NCBI GenBank assembly: GCA_965240325.2 | Contig: OZ251242.1 | Span: 1,364,001-1,428,000 of the forward strand | From: Rebecca billardiae RCC1528 | Lineage: Eukaryota; Protista; Haptophyta | Reading direction: 5' to 3' | Length of the DNA stretch: 64,000 bases | In this document: piece by piece, positions 46,396 to 56,458 of the stretch | How positions within the stretch are numbered: position 1 is the stretch's first letter | How the letters are laid out: the number at the start of each line of letters is the position of its first letter | The notes under the pieces: model-generated | The model's input: only the letters and a program-made list of their open reading frames with translations | What the model was told of the DNA's origin: nothing | Database searches by the model: none | Translations under genes and position numbers: made by a program

Positions 46396-48588
46396 ATGGA
46401 CGAGGCGCTGCTGCCCGGCGCGCGCGCGGCGCCCCCCGAGCGCCCCGGCCTCGTCGCGCGCGCGTCGCGCTGGGGCGAGCGCGTCGTCGCGTCCGCGGTC
46501 ATCTGCTTCATCATCGTCGTGATGACGTACTCGTTTGCGGGCGCGCTCGTGGCGGGCGACGCGGCGCTCGAGTCCGCGTCGGCCGTGTTCGTGAGCGCGT
46601 GCATGCTGTCGCAGGTGACGGGCGCGCTGGTGCACTCGAGCGTCTCCACCGTCCCGTTCATCATCGCCGGCCCGTACGCCTCCGTCGCCAACATCCTCGC
46701 CGCGCTCGTCTCCAAGATGGCCGCCGACCTGCACGAGGAGGCGATTTGGCTGCCGACCGCGCTCGCGTGCTTCGGCATCCTCGCGCTGGTGTCCGGGCTG
46801 ATCCAGGTGGTGCTCGCGCACCCGCGCGTGCGGCTGGGCAAGGCGGCGGCGTTCATGCCGCTCCCCGTCATCCTCGGCCTGCTGCTCGCGATCGCGATCG
46901 TGCTGGTGGTGGGCGGCATGCAGGTGGGCGCGGGCCTCTCGCTCGTGCGCTTCTCGCCGGTGGGCGCGACGCAGCTGGTGCCGCCGCCGGAGGACGGCGC
47001 GCTGGTCCGCCGCGCGCTCGCGCAGGCGCTCTGCGCCCTCGGCCTCGGCGTCACGCTCTGGGCCTCCAACATGGCCGTGGGCGGCAACTCGATCGGCGTG
47101 ACCGCGGCCGTGCTGCTGGGCGGCGTGGGGCTCTTCTACGCCCTCGGCGCGCTGCTCGTGGGGACGGGGGCGGCGGGCGGCGCGGGGCTGGTCGAGACGC
47201 TGCGGCTGTACGGCTGGCTCGGCAAGGCGCACGTCGCGGCGGCGGGCGGCCCGCTCGGCGGCGCGCTCGCCTCGGTGCGCGCCCTGTGCTCCGGCATCCT
47301 CTCGGGGCGCGTGCAGTGGGCGTACCTGCTGGGCTCGGCGCAGTCGCCGCTGCAGGCGCTGCCCGTGTACGTGCTGGTGCACACGCTGGTGGTGCTGAGC
47401 ACGCTGCCGCTGCTCACCTCGCTGCCGCGCGGCGCGGACCGGCTGGGCGTGGACGCGGACACCGAGCTGCGCGCCTCGGGTCTCTCCTCCATGCTGCAGG
47501 GCGCGCTGGGCGCACCCTCGTGCGCGTACCTGCTCACGGCGACGATGCAGCACCGAGACATGGCGGGCGACCGCGCGGGCGGGTACACGGTGGCGGCGCT
47601 GTGCGCGCTGTGCTGGCTGTTCGGCGGGCCGATCGCGTCGCTCGCGCCGCGCTACCTCCTCGGCGGGCTGTACGTCCACTTCGGCATCAGCATGGCCGCC
47701 TCGATGCTGTACCGCCCCGGGCTGGGCGGGCGCGACCTGCTGGTGCTGCTCGGCACCGCGGCCGCGTACGTCTGCCTGGGCGCGATGGCGGGGCTGCTGG
47801 TCGGGCTGGTGGCGACGTGCCTCGACTTTGTGCTCGTGCAGGCGCAGCTCTCCGCCGCCAACCTCGTCGACTCCGTCGAGTGGGAGGAGCACTCCGAGCG
47901 CAAGCGGCGCAACTCCGCCACCGTGCGCACGCGATACACCGTGACGATGCGGCTGCGCGGCACCCTCTTCTTTGGCTCCACCTCGTGGCTCTCGGCGGAG
48001 GTGCTGCGCACGGTGGCCGAGTACCCGCCGCACGCGATCGGCACGTTCGTGCTCGACTTCGACGAGGTGGCCTCGCTCGACGTCTCGGCCATCGAGTGCG
48101 TCGCCGGCCTCGCGTCGGAGCTGGGCGTGCGCGCGTGGCACCTGCGCTGCACAGGGCTGCACTCGGCGCTGCGCGAGAAGTTCTTGCTGAGGGGCCTCGA
48201 CGCGAGCGGCGCGGGGGGCGGGCTCGGCTCGGCCTCCGCCTCGCCGACGCGCCGCGCCGACGACGGCACGCCGCTCCCGACCGACGACGGCATGGCGCTC
48301 CCGCCCGCCGCCGGCGGCGCGCTCAGCCCGCGCCGCACCGTCGTCGCGTGCGCGGCCTCGTGCGCGGCCTCGATCTCCTCATCACCCGCGGGCGGCGGCG
48401 GCGCCATCCTCGCCAACGACTCGATCGGCGCAGACCTGGACGCGATCGTGAGAGACGCGCGCGCCGCCGAGGTGGGCGCGGGCGGCGGCGCCGCCGGCGC
48501 GGGCGGCGCCGAGGGCGCGCAGCCGGCGTACTTCTGCTGCGCGACGACGGACGCGCCGGCGCCGCCGCACTCGCCGCCGCGGCACTGA
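46396..48588 (+). CDS. SulP/SLC26-family anion transporter with STAS domain
   Basis: More than 10 TM helices, IIAGP, RLG..AAFMP.PVI.G, D.D.EL.A.G, STAS segment MRLRGTLFFGS...LDFDEV.SLDVSA. Confidence 0.85.
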   Translation: MDEALLPGARAAPPERPGLVARASRWGERVVASAVICFIIVVMTYSFAGALVAGDAALESASAVFVSACMLSQVTGALVHSSVSTVPFIIAGPYASVANILAALVSKMAADLHEEAIWLPTALACFGILALVSGLIQVVLAHPRVRLGKAAAFMPLPVILGLLLAIAIVLVVGGMQVGAGLSLVRFSPVGATQLVPPPEDGALVRRALAQALCALGLGVTLWASNMAVGGNSIGVTAAVLLGGVGLFYALGALLVGTGAAGGAGLVETLRLYGWLGKAHVAAAGGPLGGALASVRALCSGILSGRVQWAYLLGSAQSPLQALPVYVLVHTLVVLSTLPLLTSLPRGADRLGVDADTELRASGLSSMLQGALGAPSCAYLLTATMQHRDMAGDRAGGYTVAALCALCWLFGGPIASLAPRYLLGGLYVHFGISMAASMLYRPGLGGRDLLVLLGTAAAYVCLGAMAGLLVGLVATCLDFVLVQAQLSAANLVDSVEWEEHSERKRRNSATVRTRYTVTMRLRGTLFFGSTSWLSAEVLRTVAEYPPHAIGTFVLDFDEVASLDVSAIECVAGLASELGVRAWHLRCTGLHSALREKFLLRGLDASGAGGGLGSASASPTRRADDGTPLPTDDGMALPPAAGGALSPRRTVVACAASCAASISSSPAGGGGAILANDSIGADLDAIVRDARAAEVGAGGGAAGAGGAEGAQPAYFCCATTDAPAPPHSPPRH

Positions 48589-49056
48589 GCGACTGAGCCG
48601 ACTGACCGCCCGACCGGCGCAGTTGCTCGCCTTGCAGACGTGGGGCGTCCTTCTAGCGGCAGACTAGCTGAGGGGCTCGGCCGATCTCAGCCTCGGTCGG
48701 GACTCGGGTCAGGCGGCATGGCGCCGCCCTTGGCTGATCCGGGTGCCCGGTGCTGGCAGCGTGGTGGTCGCGCTCGGTCCACCAGGCGGCGGCGCGCGGG
48801 TCGTGATTCGATCCTCTCCGCCAAAACTGTTAAACTGATGGTTGGCCAAGCCGTTAGCCGCCCGGACATTGTCACCAGCAGCAGTTCACAACGTGCGCCC
48901 GGAATGGAAACTCGCCGGTTCTTCCGCGCGCCCAACCGCCTTCGCGCAGCCAATAAAATTGCGTGCGCAAGTTTCGACGCGCGATCGCGTGGCGGGCTGG
49001 GTTTGGTGCATTGGTTGTCGCGCGCTCCCGGGCCGGCGGCCGACGTGTCGCGCTCC

Positions 49057-49602
49057 ATGAGCGCGCCTGCCGAGCGGAATGTCTCGTCGCTGACATGGCA
49101 GTTCGTCGTGGAGACGTCTGCGATCGATACCGTCGTCTACACCATGCGCAAGTACCTCATCAGCGCGAAGGTCCGGGCGAACCCGCGCTTTGTCGTCGCG
49201 CCGCGCGACGAGAACACAGCCGTGGGCATCCTGGCATGCACGAGCCCCAGGCGATTCTCGGTGCTCGACACGGCCGATGGGATGGAGCTGGTCGAGCTAT
49301 CACACGCGCTGGGCGCGAGAACCATCGGCACGCGGAGCAATAAGTCGAGGTGGCGCAAGCTCGCTGCGCGTGAGGACGCGTTGGAGATGCCGTCGCTCCG
49401 ATCGCAGTCGCCCGTCATGAGCAGCGAGTCGCTGTGCCCGAGCAGCGCATCCTGCCAGACGGACTACACCGCAGAGTATGACGAGCCGTTCTTGCCCATC
49501 TGGGCGTATGTGGGCGAGCGCGACGACGACAACTCAGACGACGAGCCGCTCCCCGATGATGTCGATGACGATGACTCGGACGACTCGGACGACTCAGACT
49601 GA
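49057..49602 (+). CDS. Hypothetical protein with acidic C-terminus
   Basis: ATG-initiated 181-aa ORF with non-low-complexity composition, followed by an AT-richer 3' region. Confidence 0.55.
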   Translation: MSAPAERNVSSLTWQFVVETSAIDTVVYTMRKYLISAKVRANPRFVVAPRDENTAVGILACTSPRRFSVLDTADGMELVELSHALGARTIGTRSNKSRWRKLAAREDALEMPSLRSQSPVMSSESLCPSSASCQTDYTAEYDEPFLPIWAYVGERDDDNSDDEPLPDDVDDDDSDDSDDSD

Positions 49603-50035
49603 CAGCGCGTCGTAGTACGTACGGTTATTCCTGGCCGCTATTAAGTATACAGACATAGAGGCAGAGATGGAGAGAGGACAATGCGGAGCACTGTGCGACG
49701 GCACAACGTCGGCAGCCGATAAACGAGCAGTTCGGGATATCACGCCGTAAGTTATACTTATAGTGAGTCACTGCGCGTCTCGGAGAGTCCGTCTCACTCA
49801 GTACTCACTCACTCGGTCAGACGGCCGCGCGGCCGCGCCCGCCGAGGCCGCCGACGCCGTGGCACCGCGGGCCGGTGCCGCGTACGTCGTGACTCCCGGG
49901 GCCGCCACGCGGGCCTTACTCCCTTAGGAGCGCCAGCAGCCTGATGATGATCATGAGTCTGCGCCAGCCAGCGGCGGCCGGTCATAGTCTGTAGTGATAT
50001 CTGCTGAATATCATCATCATCATTATTCATTGCGC

Positions 50036-52482
50036 CCGGCTCTTGGAATCTGCTGAGGGACCTGCGTACACTGTGGGCGCTCAGCCTCAGGGGACCTGCC
50101 AGCGTAACGGCCTAACGGGCGTAACGGCCAACGGGTTGCGCGTAATGCCGTAACTGTGTCGCACGGTCGGTACTTACTGAACCAACGGACCGTACACGGT
50201 ACTCAGAACTTCCGCGGCCGGCCGCGCCCGGGCCCGGGCGGGCGCACCCACGATGCCCCGACGAGACGCGGGCGAGAAGGCGACGTGCGAGGGCTGCCAA
50301 TACGAGTTCTGCGCGAAGAACCTGGCGAAGCACAGGCGGTTGTGCGCAGCCTACGAGGCGCTACTCTCGAGGCAGCAGCAAGCTTTCGCTGCGTTTCACG
50401 GCTTCAAGCGCGGCGCGGTTGAGCTCGCGTCCGACCCCATCGAGGACGCGGACTCTGACGATGACGATGCAGGTGCTGCGGACGCAGCGCGCGCGGACCC
50501 GAGGCGCCGGCGCATCGACGAATCCGGCGACGTCCAGTCCGCCAGCTGGACGCCGCCAGAGCCGCGGGCGAGACAGCCCAGCTGGACGCCGCCAGGGCCG
50601 CGGGCGAGCGCGGCCGACGACTGCGCTGCTGCCGACGCACTAGATTTGACTCAAGCAGACAGTGACGGCAACGGTGATGACGCGTCACACGCACTGCTGC
50701 CGCCCTCGAGCCACGGGTCGCTGCTCATGCAGATGGCGCGCACCAGCGAGCAGATGAGCCGTCGACGCGTCCCTCCCTGAGCAAGAGGTGAACTCACTGC
50801 TGCGGGAGTGCGATGCTGCCCCTCGCGCCTTTATCGAGCTCCTCCGTCAAGGCGTCAACTCGCTGGCGACCTGCGCCGAGGCGACGTGTCGCGCGTGATG
50901 CCCGCGCCGGCCGGCTCGCAGCAGCTTGGCGTGCCCGCTCTCGAGTTCCTGCGCGCCAACATGGCCGACCTCGAGAACTGCACGCCGCAGCTGATTCGCG
51001 AGCACAAGGCGATCTCGCTGACGCTGCCCTCGGAGCTGCGGCTCGGCGCAGCTTTCCGCCGCGAGTTCCCGATGATCGAGTCGAAGCCCAAAGCGGAGGA
51101 GGCGCGGCGCGCGATCAAGTTCGCGCTGAACGGCGTCGCCGAGATGGCGAAGCGCATCGCTGACAACTACGAGCTGCGCAGGTTTCGGCAGCAGGGCAGC
51201 GCCGAGCATCTGCTCGCTGCGATGGCGGGCTGCCTCGACCTGCGCAAGATGGCCAGCTTGAGCGTCGAGGGCGAGCAGTACCGCGCTCATGCTGCTGGAC
51301 ATCTGCGCACCCTCGCCGGCTGGGCGCGCCCGCCTGCCGGAACGCCCTCCGGCTCCGCGCGCGGCGCGCGCACCGTCGCCGACTTTGTCGGCGCGCCCGA
51401 CTCTGCTTCCCGGTGGCACGGCATCACGCTGCCGCGAGACGAGGTGGTCGTCGGCGAGTTCAACGCGCTCTGCCGCTTGCTGATCGACGCGAGTGAGCTG
51501 CACCGCGCGCGGTGGCTCGGGGCGACCAGCTCGGCCGTGCTCGCGCAGGACGTCTTCTCTCTTCCCAAGTTCTACGAGTGCTGCCTCAGCTACCTCTACC
51601 TCTTCCAGCACTGCGCGCTCAAGGGCGCGTCTGAGGCGGTCGTCGAGGGCATGGGAGGCGTGTGGGACCGCTGCGCGACGCCGGGGCGCCACCTCTCGTT
51701 CAAGGCGGGCGTCGAGGAAGCAGTGGTCTGCTGGAACGCGCGCCCAAGCCGCACCTCGCCGAGTGCATCCCCTTCCTCGATCGCGCGCTGTCGATCCACT
51801 TCAAGGGCAGGGCGTGGCACTTCACGCACACCTCCGCGGCCACGCGGAACCGCGCCGAGCAGAGCAAGGTCGTGCAGAAGCACGGGCGCGGAGGGTCCAA
51901 GCTGCCCGCTGACATCTCGAAGGTGCACGGTGGCACGCGCGCGGCGCGCCCGCCGCCCAACACGGCGCCGGCGCGCGTGTGCTGACATCCCCCTGCCCCG
52001 TGCTCACGCCTGCGCAGTGAGCGCCCTGCGCTTGTCGCTTGCGCCAATGTCGGCATCGAGGTCTACATCACGCAGCCCCGCGCCCGCCGCCCCTGCGGGC
52101 CAGCGCGCACGAAAACAGCCATAACTCTTCACCATCAACTCGGATCGAGGTGCGGATTGAAGCATTTGCATCGTAAGGGCCTCGCGCGTCTTTTTGGCGT
52201 GTAGCGCGCGGCTCTGCGCGCCGCGCGCGCCTGCGGCGCGCGCGGCGCGCCGCTCCACCAGCAACGCAACTCAGCTCACCAGACACTGTCACACTGCGTC
52301 GGCGCGCGCTGCGCGCGCGGCGCGCCGCGCGCGCGCGCGCTCAGACCGCGTCGTGCACTCAGACACTGACAGACGACAATCTGTCACACTAGGGACCTTC
52401 CGTATCAGGAACCTGCGCAGGTCCCTCCCTCAGGGGCCTGCGTATGAAATACGGACGTTACGACGCCTTTTCCAAGAGCCGG
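50036..52482 (+). mobile_element. hAT-superfamily DNA transposon, internally deleted
   Basis: 13-bp TIR CCGGCTCTTGGAA / TTCCAAGAGCCGG; perfect 8-bp TSD CATTGCGC (50028-50035, 52483-52490); subterminal GGGACCTGC and CGTAAC repeats. Confidence 0.92.
50253..51985 (+). pseudogene. Transposase remnant: N-terminal Zn finger plus hAT-like C-terminal region, catalytic core missing, frameshift near 51740
   Basis: CEGC...HRRLC Zn finger, then a stop at 50780. LYLFQHCALKGASEAVVEGMG...CWNA continues in another frame as PKPH...ALSIHFKGRAWHF...SKVV...SKLP. Confidence 0.7.
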
Positions 52483-52884
52483 CATTGCGCTGACAGATCA
52501 CGGTGTCACACAGCGGCAGCCTCGGGCTCAGCTTGTCAGTCCCGTCGGCGGAGTCTGCGGAAGCCCCGGCTGACGGCCAGACGACTGTGACGCGCGCAGC
52601 AGCCTGCATCTGGCTGCAGGCGGCTGCTGGTACGCCCGACGGCCGCGGCTGCCAGCACGCGCCTCGCCATCCGGACCCGCACGTGCAGAAGCTGTGCGTA
52701 GTGAGCGTGAGCCGTGAAGCGTCCGGTCGTCAGCGGCATGGGTCGCCTGGAAGCAGCGTCGCGAGGACTCGTTGGATTTGGTGCGCTGCGCTGAAACCGC
52801 GCAGACTCGCAGGCGATGCGGCGATGCGCTTGGTGCTGCACCGAACGCGGCCCGGCCGGTGCTCGTCCCGTCCGCACCGGTCCC

Positions 52885-54564
52885 TCAGCGCCCGGCCACG
52901 AGCGAGCGGATGAGTGCGTGCATGCCCTCGGCGCCCAGGCTGCCCGTCCGCAGCTCGGCACGGCCCGGCCGCTCGGGCCCTGCGCTCCAGACGAGGGTGG
53001 GCACGCCGCGGACGCCGCCGTCCGCCGCGTCCGCAGCCTCGCGCACGACCTCCGCAGCGTCCTCCCCTGTGCGCAGGTACGCGCGCACGTCCGCCTGCAG
53101 CCCGGCGGCGCGCGCGGCCTCCTGCAGCACCGCGGGGTCGCCCAGGTTGGCTCCGCGCTCGTGGAAGGCGGCCAGCAGGGACTCCAGCAGCGCCAGCTGC
53201 GCGCCCGGCCCGCCCTCGCGCGCGGCGAGGCGCAGCAGGCGCAGGCAGTCGACCGAGCTGGAGATCTCGCCCTCGACGGTGAAGTCCACGCGCGCCTCCG
53301 CGGCGTTGAACGCCTCGATGGCCGCGGTGGTGCGCTCGGCCCACGTGCGCACGGGCCAGCCGCGCTTGGACGAGTAGCGCGCGCGCTTGGTGGTGCTGGC
53401 GGGGAAGGGCGGCAGCCGCGGGTCGAGCACGAAAGGGCGGACGCGGACGTCGAGCTGCACCGAGGGCGGCAGCTCGGACAGCACGCGGCGCAGCACGCGC
53501 ACCGTCATCGCCACCCACGGGCAGATTGGGTCCGCGTACAGCTCGAGCTGCACGGCGCGTGCGCTCGGCGCCTTGGCTACGCCCGAGGCCGCGCCCAGAG
53601 CGAGTGCGTCGCCGGTGGCTTTGGTCGCGCCCGGGTGCTCGGGCTGGGCGTGCGAGCGGTCGGCGTTCTCGACGGCGTCGAAGAAGACGGCAGGCACCGA
53701 CTCGTCCTCCTCGGCCTCGGCGCACACCCCGTCCTGGGCGCCACCCGTGCCACCGGCGGCCTTGGCGGCACTGGCGCGCTCCGCCGCCGCCGCGGCGTGC
53801 GCCGCCGCCGCCGCCGCCGCGCGCATCTGCGCATGCGGCGCGTCGCTCAGCTCGAGGATGTGGCCGTCCGGGGCGGAGGTGAACCACTGCGAGCCCGAGC
53901 CGCCCACCTCGGCGCCCGCCTCGTCCAGCGCGCGCAGCCGCGCCACCATCTCCGCGCGCTCGGCGTAGTGCACGCACACGTGCGTATCGAAGAGGCCGCG
54001 GCCGACCGGGCGCGGCCGGCCGTCCGCACGCGCAGCGCCGACAACCTCGAGCACCGTGCGCGCGCCGGGGATGGCGCCCGCGAGGACGAAGGCGTGGGCG
54101 CCGTGCTGCGCGTCGGGGGCGCGCGGGAGGCCGAGGACCTCGCCCAGGAACGTCGCGGCCGCGGGCACGTCGGCGGAGCGCAGCACGACCCGAGTCAGCT
54201 CGATCTCGTGCGAGCTCGCGGCCGCGCCCTCGGACGCGTCGCGCGCGCGCAGGCGGAGCAGCGTGCCGACGGGGTCGACGGCGACGACGGGGTCTTCGGA
54301 GAGGAGGTGGTTGCCCGCCTTCAGCCGGCGCACGGCCTCCTCCAGCCTCGGCTGCGCCATGGTCACCTCGAGGCTGTGCCGGCCTGCGCCCTCGCCGCCC
54401 GAGATGCAGTGCAGCTGCGCGCCGCCGAGCTGGAGCCAGCCGACGGAGTTGACGCGCTGCTGCACGGCGGGGAGTGAGAGCACCGTTTGGTAGAATGCCT
54501 TGGTCGCCGCGGGGATCGCGATGTGGTGGAGCGCGAGCGCGGGCGGCGTGCGCGTCGAGGGCAT
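52885..54564 (-). CDS. Fusion protein: tandem VOC/glyoxalase domains plus a DsbA/FrnE (kappa-GST-like) domain
   Basis: LHHIAI...AFYQTVL.L...WLQLGGAQLH; LRSADV.AA..FL.EVLGL...THVC...APDGHILEL; LELYADPICPW...RPFVLDP...GVRGVPT. Confidence 0.8.
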   Translation of the reverse strand: MPSTRTPPALALHHIAIPAATKAFYQTVLSLPAVQQRVNSVGWLQLGGAQLHCISGGEGAGRHSLEVTMAQPRLEEAVRRLKAGNHLLSEDPVVAVDPVGTLLRLRARDASEGAAASSHEIELTRVVLRSADVPAAATFLGEVLGLPRAPDAQHGAHAFVLAGAIPGARTVLEVVGAARADGRPRPVGRGLFDTHVCVHYAERAEMVARLRALDEAGAEVGGSGSQWFTSAPDGHILELSDAPHAQMRAAAAAAAHAAAAAERASAAKAAGGTGGAQDGVCAEAEEDESVPAVFFDAVENADRSHAQPEHPGATKATGDALALGAASGVAKAPSARAVQLELYADPICPWVAMTVRVLRRVLSELPPSVQLDVRVRPFVLDPRLPPFPASTTKRARYSSKRGWPVRTWAERTTAAIEAFNAAEARVDFTVEGEISSSVDCLRLLRLAAREGGPGAQLALLESLLAAFHERGANLGDPAVLQEAARAAGLQADVRAYLRTGEDAAEVVREAADAADGGVRGVPTLVWSAGPERPGRAELRTGSLGAEGMHALIRSLVAGR

Positions 54565-54994
54565 CGTCGGGGCGTGGGGCGGCGCACTTCGCAGTGGGGT
54601 GTGGACGGGTGTTTGGCCGTGTGGTCGAAAAAGCGCCCGACCGAGGCCGAACGCCGAAACCAAGCGGAGGCTTCGGGGCAACGCGCGCGCGCAACCGGGC
54701 GGCTGAGGAAAATCACACCCGTCGTCGAACTCGCGCCCTTTTGGGGGCGACTCGAGCCGAAACAAACGCCAAACGGCAGGTGGCCACTCCTCGTCCGTCG
54801 CAAGTCTGTCTTAAAGTCGTAGTCTTAGTCTTAGAGTCCGACTCCGCGGTCAGACACAGACAGACACAGATCGGCACGGCTCTCCACGTGGAGCTGTGAG
54901 AGCTGCGCCGCTGGCCGCGGCACAATCGGCACAGGCACTCACAGTCACATGCGTCGGAGTGACGGAGTCGTCAGCCCCAGACCGGAGCTCCGGG

Positions 54995-56350
54995 TCAGCC
55001 GGCAGCGCGCGCGGTGGCGTCCGCCAGGGCGCTGATCGCGCGTGCCGGGTGCACGCCCATGTCACGCGGCACGCACAGCCGGCCCTCCAGGTGCGCGGCG
55101 AGCGCGGCGACGCTCGACGCCGCGGCCGCGTCGGCCGCGCCCAGCCGTGCGCACGCCTGCTCGAGCCGAGCCGCGCCGCCCTCGTCGTCCGACGCGCCCG
55201 CGCCGGCGGGTGGCGCGAGCTCGAGCAGCAGCTGCACGGCGAGGCGCAGCGCCTCGTCCAGCGCGGGCTGCGCCAGCGCGCCCTTCTCCACCGCGTCCGC
55301 GCCGACGGCCTCGCGGTTGCGCAGCAGCCGCGCCGCCGCCTCGGCCGCCGGGTGCGCCGCCACGTGTGCTCGCGCGCCGGCGTACTCAGCCCAGGCGAGC
55401 GCCGCGCCGGCGCTGAGTGGCGCAGCGGGCGGCGGGGTCGGCGCGGGCGAGGTCTGGCCCTCCGGCAGCAGCTCGGGCGCCTCGCCCGCGTTGCCGAACC
55501 CCGCCATCGCCAGCACCTTGCGCCAGCTGCGCGCGTTGCCCTGCACGCGCGCGCCGTACGCGCCGCGCAGCTGTGCGCCTTCCTCCATGGCGGCGTACCA
55601 GAGGGCGAGGTGCGGCCAGCGGGCGGGGTCGCGCGGGCGGAGGCCGGCGTGCAGGCAGGGCAGCTGGTACGCGTACCGCTCGAGGAACGGCGCCCACGCC
55701 ACGTCCGCCGCGCTCGGCTGCGCGCCGAGGAAGAACGGCCCGCCGCCCGCCGTCCGGCCCAGCAGCGCGTCCACGCCGTCCAGCGCCGCCACAAAGTCCG
55801 GGAGCGGAACCGGACCGGAGCCGCGGAAGAGGAAGGCGGCGCGGGAGGAGGGGCGCGTGGCGCGCGGGAAGGTGTCGCGGAAGACGGCGATCAGCCGGTC
55901 CACCTCGCCCGCCGGCGCGCCCGCCGGCCACAGCGCCGGCCCCTCGGGGAAGCGCGCGTCGATCTCGCGCAGCAGATCGAGCGACTCGCCCTGCTCGGAG
56001 CCGTCCGCCCAGCGCACGCGCGGCGTGGTGCCGCCAAACCAGGCGGGCTTGCGCCCGGTGTTGTCGATGAGGACGGTGGTGTACGGCACGTTCTTCATCT
56101 CGAGCGCGAGCCACACGCGCTCCGAGTACGGGCACCAGCCGTTACGCTCCCGGAAGAGGATGAGCTCCGCGCCGCCGCCCGGCTTGGGCGGCCCGGCGCC
56201 GGGCGTGCGCGCGGGGTCGATGACGCGCGGCTCGGGCGCGGAGGCGGAGGGGAGGCGCGCGGCGAGCGACTGCCACGATGCCGCCGCGCCCGCCGCGACC
56301 GGCGCGTGCGCGCCCAGCAGCAGCAGCAGCAGCGGCGAGGATGCTGCCAT
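54995..56350 (-). CDS. Glutathione S-transferase (Cys-GST, cyanobacterial/algal type), probably plastid-targeted
   Basis: LILFRERNGWCPYSERVWLALEMKNVPY, GESLDLL, GPFFLG..PSAADV..APFLER; signal peptide followed by AAASW. Confidence 0.85.
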   Translation of the reverse strand: MAASSPLLLLLLGAHAPVAAGAAASWQSLAARLPSASAPEPRVIDPARTPGAGPPKPGGGAELILFRERNGWCPYSERVWLALEMKNVPYTTVLIDNTGRKPAWFGGTTPRVRWADGSEQGESLDLLREIDARFPEGPALWPAGAPAGEVDRLIAVFRDTFPRATRPSSRAAFLFRGSGPVPLPDFVAALDGVDALLGRTAGGGPFFLGAQPSAADVAWAPFLERYAYQLPCLHAGLRPRDPARWPHLALWYAAMEEGAQLRGAYGARVQGNARSWRKVLAMAGFGNAGEAPELLPEGQTSPAPTPPPAAPLSAGAALAWAEYAGARAHVAAHPAAEAAARLLRNREAVGADAVEKGALAQPALDEALRLAVQLLLELAPPAGAGASDDEGGAARLEQACARLGAADAAAASSVAALAAHLEGRLCVPRDMGVHPARAISALADATARAAG

Positions 56351-56458
56351 CGTTCGTCGGAGGAAGGCCGGCCGGTGCGGCGCCGTGACGGCCGCAGCGG
56401 GAGAGCGACGCCAGCTGGCGCACGCCGGACTCGCGCCGCCCGGACCGAGCTCGTCGTC

